Origin: Nitrospirota bacterium
GTDB taxonomy: Bacteria > Nitrospirota > UBA9217
Reading direction: 5' to 3'
Assembly (NCBI GenBank): GCA_963749655.1
Contig: CAVVOB010000028.1
Coordinates: 64,001 to 128,000 of the forward strand
Length of the DNA stretch: 64,000 nt
Part shown: positions 33,986 through 43,631 of the stretch, in pieces
Layout of the letters: every line of letters begins with the position of its first letter
How positions within the stretch are numbered: the first letter of the stretch is position 1
Made by a program: the position numbers and the translations under genes
The notes under the pieces: model-generated
Told to the model about the DNA's origin: nothing
The model's database searches: none
Seen by the model: only the letters and a program-made list of their open reading frames with translations

Positions 33986-35647
33986 TCACCACTGATCACC
34001 GTTCTTATTAAATGACATGACGACGGCATCGAGGGAGGAGGTCACCCAGCTGGCTCCGATAATGAAAGCATTGCCATAGTTGTCGGCAACAACCCCGTTC
34101 CCTTCGTCGTTGTAAACGGTTCCGATCTGCCTGGTCCAGATTTTATTGCCACTGGTGTCGTATTTGGCAAGAAAGATGTCGCCGTCGCCAGCGCTCGCGT
34201 TTCCGTCAAGTGATCCGGTCGTTATTCCCGTTACATAGAGGTATCCTGAAGGATCGTATGCTATGCCCTGGCTGGTGTCGAATGCGCGCGATCCGAGCTG
34301 CGCGGTCGGCACCTGCAGGCCGTCGACGTTAAGTTTCGCGATGAACACATCGGGAGTTATCCCACTCGGATCGCTGTTCGTGTTTCCGTCGAAGCCGCCC
34401 CACGTCGAACCCGTGATGTAGGCGTTTCCTGCGTTATCCACGGCGATTGCGGCCGCCACGTCTGAGAGCGGCGTTCCAAACTGTGTCATTGACACGAACC
34501 TGAACGTCTGACCGCCGGAAATATAGCGTATCAGGCAAACGTCCGGCGATACTCCGGCTGAGCCGGCCATATTAGTGCTCCCAAGGTCTCCATAGGTCGA
34601 TGCCGCCACATACATGTTATCTGAAGTGTCGATTGCGATGCCCTCGGCCGTATCTTTATACGGCGTGCCCTGCTGGTCGAGCGCCAAAAGGTTCCCATCT
34701 TTATCGTACTCTGCAACAAAAATGTCGGCGGATCCTGCATTGGTGAACGTACCCAGGCTGCCGTAGGTTTCCCCCGTGATAAATACGTTTCCCGTGCTGT
34801 CAATAGCGATCGAATTGGCGACGTCCGACGCTGTGCTGCCGAGAAGCTTCGTCCAGAGCACACTCCCGGATGCGTCGAGCTTGACCAAGAAGGCATCGGC
34901 ACTCGTCAGCGTTGTATCGGCATTCGTTTGGCTGTTGAGATTCCCCGTCGTCGATCCTGTGACATAGATGTTGCCGCTGGCGTCTATCGCCACGCCGGAT
35001 ACAACCTCGCCCTGGCTGGATCCGAACTGCCGCGACCAAATTTTCGAGCCGGTGATGCTGAATTTTGTTACGAACACATCCGGGCTCCTGTGGAAAACAT
35101 CGGCATTCGGAGATCCGTCCAGATTCCCCCAGGTCATTCCTACGGCGATAAGATTTCCGCCGCTGTCCCGCGCCATGGCCGTTCCCCTGTCTCTCCAGGA
35201 AGTGCTGATTACCTGCTCGCCGGAGAGGAACTGCTGCACCATCATGATCGAGACCTCCACGGGCTGATTGTTGTCATTCCCCGCCAGATCCGAAGTGCTG
35301 CTGCCGGCATAGACCACGATGCCCGAGGAATCGACCGCTTCCACGAGAAAGACCCTGCCAGTCCCGTTCGGGACATCGAAGGATTCTTCAATCGTACCGG
35401 GAGGAGTAAACGCTACCTCCTGCTGGATCGTGGTCATGTCCGAAGCGCTGATAGTGAACCGGAGGGTTACGACCACGGGGGTCGCCTTTGCAATTGCCGG
35501 CGCTGCCATGGCGTTCGTGCCGGTCGTGACGACAAGGACCACCGTGGACGAACCTTTGCCTTGAGGCGTATATGTGCCGGCTGTGCAGGCCGTAAGGAGC
35601 ACACAGCACAAGAGAGACTGAACAACCTGAATAGGACGACGGCTCAT
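33986..35647 (-). CDS. Lipoprotein with Ig-like N-domain and SBBP beta-propeller repeats
   Basis: Lipobox LTAC; about 7 repeats of IAxDxxGNxYVTGxT..DxFxxK. Confidence 0.85.
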   Translation of the reverse strand: MSRRPIQVVQSLLCCVLLTACTAGTYTPQGKGSSTVVLVVTTGTNAMAAPAIAKATPVVVTLRFTISASDMTTIQQEVAFTPPGTIEESFDVPNGTGRVFLVEAVDSSGIVVYAGSSTSDLAGNDNNQPVEVSIMMVQQFLSGEQVISTSWRDRGTAMARDSGGNLIAVGMTWGNLDGSPNADVFHRSPDVFVTKFSITGSKIWSRQFGSSQGEVVSGVAIDASGNIYVTGSTTGNLNSQTNADTTLTSADAFLVKLDASGSVLWTKLLGSTASDVANSIAIDSTGNVFITGETYGSLGTFTNAGSADIFVAEYDKDGNLLALDQQGTPYKDTAEGIAIDTSDNMYVAASTYGDLGSTNMAGSAGVSPDVCLIRYISGGQTFRFVSMTQFGTPLSDVAAAIAVDNAGNAYITGSTWGGFDGNTNSDPSGITPDVFIAKLNVDGLQVPTAQLGSRAFDTSQGIAYDPSGYLYVTGITTGSLDGNASAGDGDIFLAKYDTSGNKIWTRQIGTVYNDEGNGVVADNYGNAFIIGASWVTSSLDAVVMSFNKNGDQW

Positions 35648-35735
35648 GGCCCATTCCTCCTTAAGCGATAAAAGAACGGGAGAGCGTCGGCGTTGTACGC
35701 ATCCGCTGACAGCAACTCCCTAAAATTCGCCGGAC

Positions 35736-36653
35736 TTACATGGCGACCTTCACCTTTACTTTGGTCGTGACCAGCTCCGGATGCGTTACGCTGACGGGGA
35801 TCGACTCGGGAGTCCCCGAGACGATGCCTCCCGGGATCGTACCCCCCGAGGTTCCGCCCTGAGTCGCGGAGGACAGGTTTCCGCCGTCTGCAATCGCGCC
35901 GGTGAGCACCGCAGACGTCGAATTGGGCGCATTGATGTCCACGGTGACACCCTCCGTGCCGTTGCCGCCGGACCCCTGCGAACCCTCGCTGCCGGCGTTG
36001 GTATTCTGAACATGGGAATCAATGAGGGAATTGGACACGTCTACCGGCTTCGTGGGGGCCATGGCTGCATCGCGGATGAAGGCGGCCTGCCCTCCGCGCA
36101 GAAGAATGACACGGTCCGGCATCTGCGGGTTATAGGAAAAACCGGCGCCTTCGATGAAGATGACCCCCGAGACGCCCCGTTCATAGAACACGATGAAGTC
36201 CGTCCCCTTCACGCCCGCGATGGCCGTTGGTGTTTTGATCTGGAACCCGGCATCGCCGCTGCCGGTCGCCACCACGGCGGCTTTCAGCTTCGACACCATG
36301 GCTCGCACTTTTCCGCGGATCAGGCTGAGCACCCCCCGCTCGCGGGACCCGCCTGAACGGAAGGAATACTCATCTATGACGATGCGCGATTCCGGGGCGA
36401 GCTGGATCACCGAGTCGTCGCGGAACTGGACCTCCGCTTTGCCGCGGCGCTTGGTGCGGATGGCGTCTCCCATCGCTACCGGGTCGCCGACGCGCGCCGG
36501 GACCGGCGCGGCCTGCGAGGCCCTCAGAATGTCCACGGCCCCTTCGACCCGCTTGAAGGTTCCCACTGCCTCGGCAAAGGACGTTTCGTGCAGCAGGACC
36601 GTCAAAAGTAGAGCGGCGAGCACGGTTTGAATGGTTCGTTTGCAGACTGTCAT
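35736..36653 (-). CDS. Periplasmic FecR-domain protein
   Basis: Signal peptide; GDAIRT, FRDDS.I.LAPES, IKTPTAIAGVKGTDF. Confidence 0.88.
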   Translation of the reverse strand: MTVCKRTIQTVLAALLLTVLLHETSFAEAVGTFKRVEGAVDILRASQAAPVPARVGDPVAMGDAIRTKRRGKAEVQFRDDSVIQLAPESRIVIDEYSFRSGGSRERGVLSLIRGKVRAMVSKLKAAVVATGSGDAGFQIKTPTAIAGVKGTDFIVFYERGVSGVIFIEGAGFSYNPQMPDRVILLRGGQAAFIRDAAMAPTKPVDVSNSLIDSHVQNTNAGSEGSQGSGGNGTEGVTVDINAPNSTSAVLTGAIADGGNLSSATQGGTSGGTIPGGIVSGTPESIPVSVTHPELVTTKVKVKVAM

Positions 36654-36675
36654 GACTCCCTCCGCAAGAAGCTTG

Positions 36676-38250
36676 TTAGAACTTCACGTATACTCCGGCC
36701 CCGACGACGTTCTTATGATATTTATAAATGGATTCCGTGGAATCGGCCTGGACATAAACGTATTGGGCATGCAGGTCGATGTTCGCGGTGATTGCGTACA
36801 GACCGTCAAGGGATGCGGTATAGATGGTGTCCCTTCGCTTAACGTCCACCTGCGAGGACGGGTCCTGGCGGGCATTGTCGTAGTTCTGAAAGTAAGCCTC
36901 CAGACCGGCACTGAATTTCATACGGTCGGTAGCCGGAAACAACGCGCCGGCAAAGGCCTTATTGCCGAGATAGCTCCAGTTACGTCCTTTTGTTTTTTCC
37001 TTGTTCAATTCGTATTTCACGTTGAGGTAGCCCTTTTGCGCGGCGATAAGCTTATACCAGGAAAAACCGGCTGCCGTATCGTACCCGTCGCGGTTTTCAT
37101 CGGTCATCGATGAGTCGAGCGGGTAAAGGTAGTCATTCTGCTGAAAACGAAGAAGCACCTTGGTATACTGGTTCTCGCCCGTTACGAACAGGTACTCCGG
37201 CGAAAGGGACAGGGCCTGATAATATTTTTTGTTGTCCACGAGCATGAAGGAGCCGTTGACGTCGATGCTGGCCAGGTTCTGGCCGATGCGGTAGGTCGGC
37301 GTCACGCCGACCGTGTGGTTCTGGACGTCATAGGTCCTCAGCTTTTGATATAGGCTCGCGTAGAAAGAGTAATCGAGCTTCAGGCCGTAGGGCGCGGAAA
37401 GTTCGGGCTCGTATTCAGCCCGCACCGCGGCCACGGCCGCGGAATCGCTTTTACCGCTTATACTGCTGACGCTCCCGTCCGGCATCAGCACGACGTTACT
37501 GTCGTACTGGTACTGGAGATCGGCCGTAGCATGAAACGCTTTCTTGGATTCCATGCGGCTCGTCAGAGCCTCGGCCTGCTGGCGCGCCATCATGCCGATG
37601 TCCGATTCTCCGTCGGCGTTCGCGACCTGCAGGAACAGGTCCCGGGCCTTTCCGGTTTCGCCCGATCGGTCGTAGATCACGGCAAGCTGAAAATCCGCCG
37701 AAGGCGCAAGGCTTGCGTCGAGCGATTTGGCCTTCTCGAACGACGACGCAGCGTCGCGGTATTTGTTCTTCTTCATCTGTACCAGCCCCTTGAGCAGTGA
37801 TGTCTGTCCGGGTTCGACCCCTTCCTGTTCGCATGACTCCAGGGCCTTGAGCGCGGCCTCGGTGCTGCCTTCGGCATAATAGGCATCGGCGAGCTCCAGG
37901 TAGGCCTGATTGACCGGCGGCTGGAGTGTTACGGCGGCCCGAAGGTGGGGGACGGCCTTGCCGAACTGCTGCAGTTTCTTGAGCGTTGCGCCGAGATAAT
38001 AGGCGGCGACCGAGGAGTCAGGCGCTTTGTCCCGCGCTTTCACGAGGTCGTCGTAAGCTTCTTCGTAGTTGCCCTCGCGATAGTTGGCAACGCCCCGGAG
38101 CAATTCCGGCTCCTGCGCAGGGCTGCTTTTGACCGCCGGAGACGCCGTATCCGAAGCGGGCGGCGTTTTCGGAGCGGCCTGGACATATGAGGCGGTTCCG
38201 GACAGGAGCAGCAGAATTGTCGTGAACAACATCGTTCTTCGTTTCATCAT
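36676..38250 (-). CDS. TPR plus C-terminal outer-membrane beta-barrel protein
   Basis: Signal peptide from MMKRR (38250); TPR helices; QYDSNV; amphipathic strands; terminal YVKF. Confidence 0.85.
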   Translation of the reverse strand: MMKRRTMLFTTILLLLSGTASYVQAAPKTPPASDTASPAVKSSPAQEPELLRGVANYREGNYEEAYDDLVKARDKAPDSSVAAYYLGATLKKLQQFGKAVPHLRAAVTLQPPVNQAYLELADAYYAEGSTEAALKALESCEQEGVEPGQTSLLKGLVQMKKNKYRDAASSFEKAKSLDASLAPSADFQLAVIYDRSGETGKARDLFLQVANADGESDIGMMARQQAEALTSRMESKKAFHATADLQYQYDSNVVLMPDGSVSSISGKSDSAAVAAVRAEYEPELSAPYGLKLDYSFYASLYQKLRTYDVQNHTVGVTPTYRIGQNLASIDVNGSFMLVDNKKYYQALSLSPEYLFVTGENQYTKVLLRFQQNDYLYPLDSSMTDENRDGYDTAAGFSWYKLIAAQKGYLNVKYELNKEKTKGRNWSYLGNKAFAGALFPATDRMKFSAGLEAYFQNYDNARQDPSSQVDVKRRDTIYTASLDGLYAITANIDLHAQYVYVQADSTESIYKYHKNVVGAGVYVKF

Positions 38251-38610
38251 GGTTTCTCCGCAACGTTCAGGACTTGATAGGTCCCCGCGAGTGTCCCCAA
38301 TGCGCACCTGCGGCCCGGGCTTTGCCGCAGAATTGGTTACGACAATTTGAACTGCGATTGAACGGAAGATGCAAACGGGCCCCGCCGGAGGCCTGAGAGA
38401 TGGAGTATCGATGAAGGAACTCTTCTGCAGCCATCCGGAAAAAGCGGACAGGGAACCGAGTAACAAGGTTATTGATCTACGGACTGCCGATTGCGAAATC
38501 CTGCTGAATCGGAATGTGAGACGGCCGCGTGAGGCTCATGGTTGAAAGGATTGTCTTCTGTCTCCGGTCAAGCCGTTCTCATATCCGTCAACACGTGGTC
38601 CGATTAGCGC

Positions 38611-38639
38611 AGTCTAGCCTTTTTCCCGGGGAATGTAAA
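38611..38639 (-). promoter_or_regulatory. Candidate sigma70 promoter of the OMP-FecR-SBBP-cyclase operon
   Basis: TTTACA-17-TAGACT, implying a leader of about 350 nt. Confidence 0.45.
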
Positions 38640-38832
38640 TAGTCTTGATAGGGTATTTTAAGGGTAGAGATGCAGAAAATCGCAACTCTTGCAGCGCCTG
38701 ACACGCCTGCTCGAGAAGCCTACTGTTCGATGCAGTCCGGAAACCTGCGGCCGCTGTGAATGAGTCGCCGCCCTGCATGAAAAGCCGGCCGGAGAGGAGC
38801 CCTCCGTCCGGCGATCTGGATCAAGAGCCCCG

Positions 38833-39720
38833 CTACTTCAGGCTGAGAACCGTCTGCAAAAGCTCATCGGTGGTCGTGATGATCTTCGAGTTTGCCTGGA
38901 ACCCGCGCTGGGCGGCGATCATGTTCACAAATTCCGCAGCCAGGTCCACATTGGTGAGTTCGAGGCTGTTCGACAGCACCTTGCCGAGCCCCGAGGTGTT
39001 CGCCGCTCCGACGAGTGGCTGTCCGGACCCGAAGGATTCGGCATAGAGGTTTCCGCCCATCTTGGTCAGCTCTGTGGGAGCGACGAACCGGGCGAGCGCA
39101 ACCTCCCCGATGGCGCGCGACTGACCGTTCGAGAACACGCCGGTGATGACGCCGTCCTCGCCCACGGACACGCTCGAAAGCGAGCCGGCCGGATATCCGT
39201 CCTGGGTCAGCTGCATGACGGAAAAATCGGACGCGAACTGCGTCGTCATGTCGAAGCCCGTGCCTGCGGGCGTTTCCGCGGTTCCGGTGCCGAAGTTAAA
39301 GCCGATGTTCTGCGCAGGCATGACCCCGCCGAAGTTGAATGTGAGCGTCGTGCCGCTGTTGTCGTTTGCCAGGGAGCCGTCCGTATAGAAGGTCAGCTGC
39401 TGGCTCGTACCCGCTCCGGTCGGGGGAAGCCCTGCGCCGCCCGTGGTCTGGCCCGCCTCCATGAGCTGACCCGTATTGGACGGGTCCTCGATCGCGTAGT
39501 GGACGTCCCAGGCGTTCGCCGCCGTTTTCACGAAATACATCGTCACCTGGTGCGATCCGCCCTGCGAATCGTAGACCGTCGCCGTATTCGAGAAATTATA
39601 GTTCGCCGGATCGTCCTGCGTGCCGTCTGCGTTGCCGTCGAGCGTAAAGGCCGCCGCCGGCACGGTTGCCGACGCATCCAGATTGACGGCCGTCGTAACC
39701 GCTGTCGTCGGATTCGAATA
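38833..39720 (-). pseudogene. flgE: 5'-truncated flagellar hook gene
   Basis: TVYDSQG, QDGYPAG, LELTNVDLAAEFVNMIAAQRGFQANSK present; the N-terminal part is missing and an in-frame stop lies upstream. Confidence 0.8.
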
Positions 39721-39884
39721 TTCACAGCTCCGCGAACGTTGTGAGCGAAGGCGATACGGTCGATGCCGGGTCGATTATTGCACAGGTGGGATCCATGGCA
39801 GGTCAGCCGGGCCCAATGTAACTTCGAGGTGCTCTACCGGGTCGGAAAGTGAACTCTGACATCCTCCTTTCTGCAGGATAAGAT

Positions 39885-39911
39885 TTAAGATTTTTCTGCT
39901 TCTGCCGATAT
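39885..39911 (+). promoter_or_regulatory. sigma28 promoter of flgM
   Basis: TTAA-N15-GCCGATAT. Confidence 0.7.
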
Positions 39912-39947
39912 GAAAATCACAAACCTTACTCCGACAGGGAGGCTTTT

Positions 39948-40247
39948 ATGAAATTATACTCCGATAAGCCGCCGGAAAACCAGGGACCGAACCGCGGCGC
40001 CCAGAAAGTGCAGAAGCAGGGCGGCGTTGAGCAGAAAGACAACGTTACCCCGGCAAAATCTGCGGGCGCCGATGACCGCGTAAACATCTCGGGCCGGAGC
40101 AAGGAAGTTGCCTATATCATGACGTCGGTGAACCAGCTCCCGGAAATACGAGAAGCCAAGGTACAGGACATCAAGCAACGCGTCGACGCCGGCACCTACA
40201 TCGTCGATCCGCAGAAGGTGGCCGAGTCCATCCTGAAGAACATATGA
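39948..40247 (+). CDS. flgM: Anti-sigma28 factor
   Basis: DRVNIS..PEIREAKVQDIKQRVDAGTY.VDPQKVAESIL; GGGAGG RBS. Confidence 0.9.
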   Translation: MKLYSDKPPENQGPNRGAQKVQKQGGVEQKDNVTPAKSAGADDRVNISGRSKEVAYIMTSVNQLPEIREAKVQDIKQRVDAGTYIVDPQKVAESILKNI

Positions 40248-40590
40248 ACACGGCAACGAATATCAAAGCCATCCTCATGGAGCAGGTCGAGGGGTACCGG
40301 GCGCTGATGGAAACTCCATTTCTGTACACCCGCCGGCATGCGCATCGAAACAACTGAACCGCTCCCGGGAGAGGACGCGGATCAGACGTCTGCGCTGCGG
40401 GGCATGCTCTTCAATTTCGCGAACACGCAGAATAACGGCCAGAACATCTTTTCCGGCTTTGTTTCGGGGACCCAGGCGTACGCGACGGCACCTATGCCTG
40501 TCAGGGCGACGCCGGCGTCATCTGTGCGCCTCTCGACAAGGACATATCGGTAGCGGTCAATATTCCGGGCAGCAGCGCCTTCAGCTTGCC
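40244..40590 (+). pseudogene. Fused remnants of flgN (5' end) and flgL (internal)
   Basis: MNTATNIKAILMEQVEGYRALME coupled to the flgM stop; then FANTQNNGQNIFSG and ISVAVNIPGSSAF, which resemble FlgL. Confidence 0.55.
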
Positions 40591-40651
40591 GCTCCGACGT
40601 CGCGGCGGATCAGCGGCGACAGGTATGGTTGCTACACGCCCGGGGTCACGC

Positions 40652-41329
40652 TCACGGCGCTGCGCGACTCCGCGTCCCGCGTCCTGTCACAATCCCTCTT
40701 TGATTTTCTGAAATAGCCCGCGGACTCTTTTTCGGCGTCCCGCTCCCCGGTACTCCCGCACCCGATGATCTTTCTGAAGCGTCCCTCTTTGGATTGTCCT
40801 TTGCCATCTCCAGGATCTCGATCACGGACCGCCAATTCCGGCCGGTCAGCGGGACGCCGATCAGCCGCTCGGCGCCGGCAGCGAGTTTCGACCTGCCCAC
40901 GCCGTCGGGCGCATGAAGATAGAAGACGCATCCTTGAAGCCAGAACCGCTCGTTCCTGCCCCTGAGGCTTTCCAGCGCTGTCAGGTCCGGCGCCGTGGCC
41001 GCTGATAAGAGAAAAAGGACATGCAGGCTTTTCGGGTCCGGTCCCGCTTCCGGGAAGGGATTCGATGCAATGACCTTCTCCAGCTCCGTCGGCTCCAGCA
41101 CGAGGACCCGGGGCGCAAAGCCGCGGCGTTTCATGATTTCGACGCTTATTTTCTCCGAGAGCCTGCGGGCATTCTGCTCCCGGCAGCGGAATACTGCGTT
41201 GCCGCTCTGAATATAGGTCTTCACATGGCGGAGGCCGAGTTTTTCAAGGAGAGCGGTGAGCTCTTTCATGGCCAGGAGATTATGCCCGCCGATGTTGATG
41301 CCCCGGAACAGAGCGATGTAGGTTTTCAT
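40652..41329 (-). CDS. DUF1697 family protein
   Basis: YIALFRGINIGG, VKTYIQSGN, TGRNWRS. Confidence 0.85.
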   Translation of the reverse strand: MKTYIALFRGINIGGHNLLAMKELTALLEKLGLRHVKTYIQSGNAVFRCREQNARRLSEKISVEIMKRRGFAPRVLVLEPTELEKVIASNPFPEAGPDPKSLHVLFLLSAATAPDLTALESLRGRNERFWLQGCVFYLHAPDGVGRSKLAAGAERLIGVPLTGRNWRSVIEILEMAKDNPKRDASERSSGAGVPGSGTPKKSPRAISENQRGIVTGRGTRSRAAP

Positions 41330-41494
41330 CGGACCCCTTTCGATGCGCCGAGCAACACGGTGCTCACAGGAGCGGGAAGAACCGGCGCTGGCCGGTCTTG
41401 ATTCGTTTGTAGAGAAGCAAACTCGCCGCCGAGACGCTGGGGCGCTGAGAATAACCAGGATACCAAAGTCGCCTCTGCCCTGCAGCACAGCTTC

Positions 41495-42016
41495 TTACTT
41501 TCCCGCCTTTTCCGCGGCGCTCTTCATCGGGCCGAGCACGTAGCGCCGCATCTGCGACAGGACGATCGGCTTCACAAAAGGCGCAGCAAGACGGTAGAGA
41601 CCTTTTAGACGGACCTCGGCGCTCACCGTATACCGCGTGCCGCCTGCTTCCGGTTCGAACCGGTTCTGAAACGCGGCATCGTAGCGGCGCTTCCGCTCTT
41701 CGAGGTCTATACGCGCCGGAGATATTTTGCGCACCACGTTGATGACCTTGCCTGCATACACATGGTCGACCTCGACCATGATCTCATCCCCTGATTCTCT
41801 GACGATCCTGGTTGCGCGGATCGTGGGGAAGATCCCCGACCAGTTGGCCGGATCAGCGTAGAGGCCGTACGTCCGCCCTGCAGGTGCATTGATATGCTCC
41901 GAAACAGATGCACGAACCATCAAGAGACCCTCCGCAGCATTGCTGAAAACCGTAAAAATTACCGCTGCCGGGACTGCAATACCGATCGCCGATATAAGGA
42001 GCGCCGGCACGCTCAT
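41495..42016 (-). CDS. SRPBCC/START-like domain protein with N-terminal hydrophobic helix
   Basis: INAP...Y..ADPANW..IFP pattern; FEPEAGGTR; start uncertain. Confidence 0.65.
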   Translation of the reverse strand: MSVPALLISAIGIAVPAAVIFTVFSNAAEGLLMVRASVSEHINAPAGRTYGLYADPANWSGIFPTIRATRIVRESGDEIMVEVDHVYAGKVINVVRKISPARIDLEERKRRYDAAFQNRFEPEAGGTRYTVSAEVRLKGLYRLAAPFVKPIVLSQMRRYVLGPMKSAAEKAGK

Positions 42017-42488
42017 ACGCTTATTGATAAGCACGGTCGCCGCCACGCGACGCAATCACCCGGAGCGGGAACACCGTTAATCGGGCGCGAACGAACCGGT
42101 TTTCTTAGCTCCTCGTACGACCTTCGATACATACGCGCGGCAGTGTGTGGACCCGCCGGCAGACTGCCGAATCATTGCGTCTATAATATAAATATATCAA
42201 TCCTCCGGTAATCCTTTTCCCATTTCAAGCATCTAAATTTCTACTGTAACCTCGAATCAGTCTCACCAGGCGGCAATTGCCGGTGATAGAATAAAAAATG
42301 ATGCACGAATTGCCGAACGTTCAACGTCGGGATGCGGAGCCGTCCCTGCCGGTTGCCGGTGCTCCTGGTGCATTGAACCGGTCATATTGTTTTATCCCTG
42401 CCCATTTTCGGAATTTTTGTGATTTTCAAGAGCGCCGCGGACAAATGCGACTGCTGCGGTTCAGCAGCAGCTGAAAGGATCTTTCCAC

Positions 42489-43562
42489 ATGGATAACAAT
42501 GAATACAGGCGGGGAAAACTGAAGACCTTCCGCCTTACGACCGGCTTCATACTGGTATTGCTGATCGGCTTTATTGATTACGTGACCGGTTATGATCTGC
42601 GGCTGGAAATATTGTATTTGATGCCCATTGCTTTCGTTGTCTGGTTTGCCGGAAGGAGAGCGGGGGTGCTCATTTCCGCGGTTTCCATCGTCGTCATTAT
42701 GCTGTCCGACCTCCTGTCGGGCAAGATCTTCCAGAACCATCTTATCGAATCCTGGAACATGGCGATGCTGTTTTTATTTTTCATCATTGTGACTCTTTTG
42801 CTTTCGAAATTGCGGGTCACCCTGCTGGAGCGCACGGAGCTCACGCGTGAGCTTGAAAATGCGCTGCATGACGTCGAAATGACCAATAAGGAGCTGAAAT
42901 CTTTCGCCCATGCGGTTTCCCACGACCTGAAATCGCCCCTTGCGATCATTGGCGGCTTCATCGATATGATCGACAGAAAATATGCCGACCGGCTGGATGA
43001 GAGCATGGGCAGGTATCTGCGCCGTATCAGCGAGTCCGCTGCGCGCATGGAAGAGATCATCGACGCACTCTTGAAGTTGTCGCGCGTTACCACGGCCGAG
43101 ATGACGCACAGCGCTGTCGATCTCAGTTCGCTTGTGCAGGGCGCTGCCGACGATCTTATCCAGTCAGATCCGGGACGGCGGGTGGAGTTCGACATAGCCA
43201 GGGGCGTCTCCGCCTCAGGAGATCCCGCAATGCTGCGTGTCATGGTCGACAATCTTCTCAGAAATGCATGGAAATTCACGTGCAAAAAAGAAAGGGCGAA
43301 AATCGAGTTCGGGGTCGCTGTGTTCGACAATGAACCCGTCTATTTTATCAGGGACAACGGAGCGGGGTTCGATATGAAGGCTGCTGACAAGCTTTTCATC
43401 CCCTTCCAGCGACTCCACGCGCATGAGGATTTTCCCGGCGTCGGGATCGGCCTCACTACCGTACAGCGCATTGTGCAGCGCCACGGCGGCAGCATCTGGG
43501 CTGAAGGCGATCCGGCAAAAGGGGCCACCTTTTTCTTTACTCTTGCCTCGGCCCGGCCGTAG
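42489..43562 (+). CDS. Membrane sensor histidine kinase
   Basis: 3-4 TMs; FAHAVSHDLKSPL, NLLRNAWKF, DNGAGFD, GVGIGL. Confidence 0.92.
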   Translation: MDNNEYRRGKLKTFRLTTGFILVLLIGFIDYVTGYDLRLEILYLMPIAFVVWFAGRRAGVLISAVSIVVIMLSDLLSGKIFQNHLIESWNMAMLFLFFIIVTLLLSKLRVTLLERTELTRELENALHDVEMTNKELKSFAHAVSHDLKSPLAIIGGFIDMIDRKYADRLDESMGRYLRRISESAARMEEIIDALLKLSRVTTAEMTHSAVDLSSLVQGAADDLIQSDPGRRVEFDIARGVSASGDPAMLRVMVDNLLRNAWKFTCKKERAKIEFGVAVFDNEPVYFIRDNGAGFDMKAADKLFIPFQRLHAHEDFPGVGIGLTTVQRIVQRHGGSIWAEGDPAKGATFFFTLASARP

Positions 43563-43631
43563 TCGACGGGGCCTGCTGAAGTCAATTTTGCAAGGTTCTC
43601 TACGGATCCTTTATTACATTGCGCGCACCGC

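Noticed and set aside
38251-38610. Riboswitch or CRP site in the long leader of the OMP-FecR-cyclase operon
   Set aside because: No recognisable aptamer, and only a half match to TGTGA-N6-TCACA
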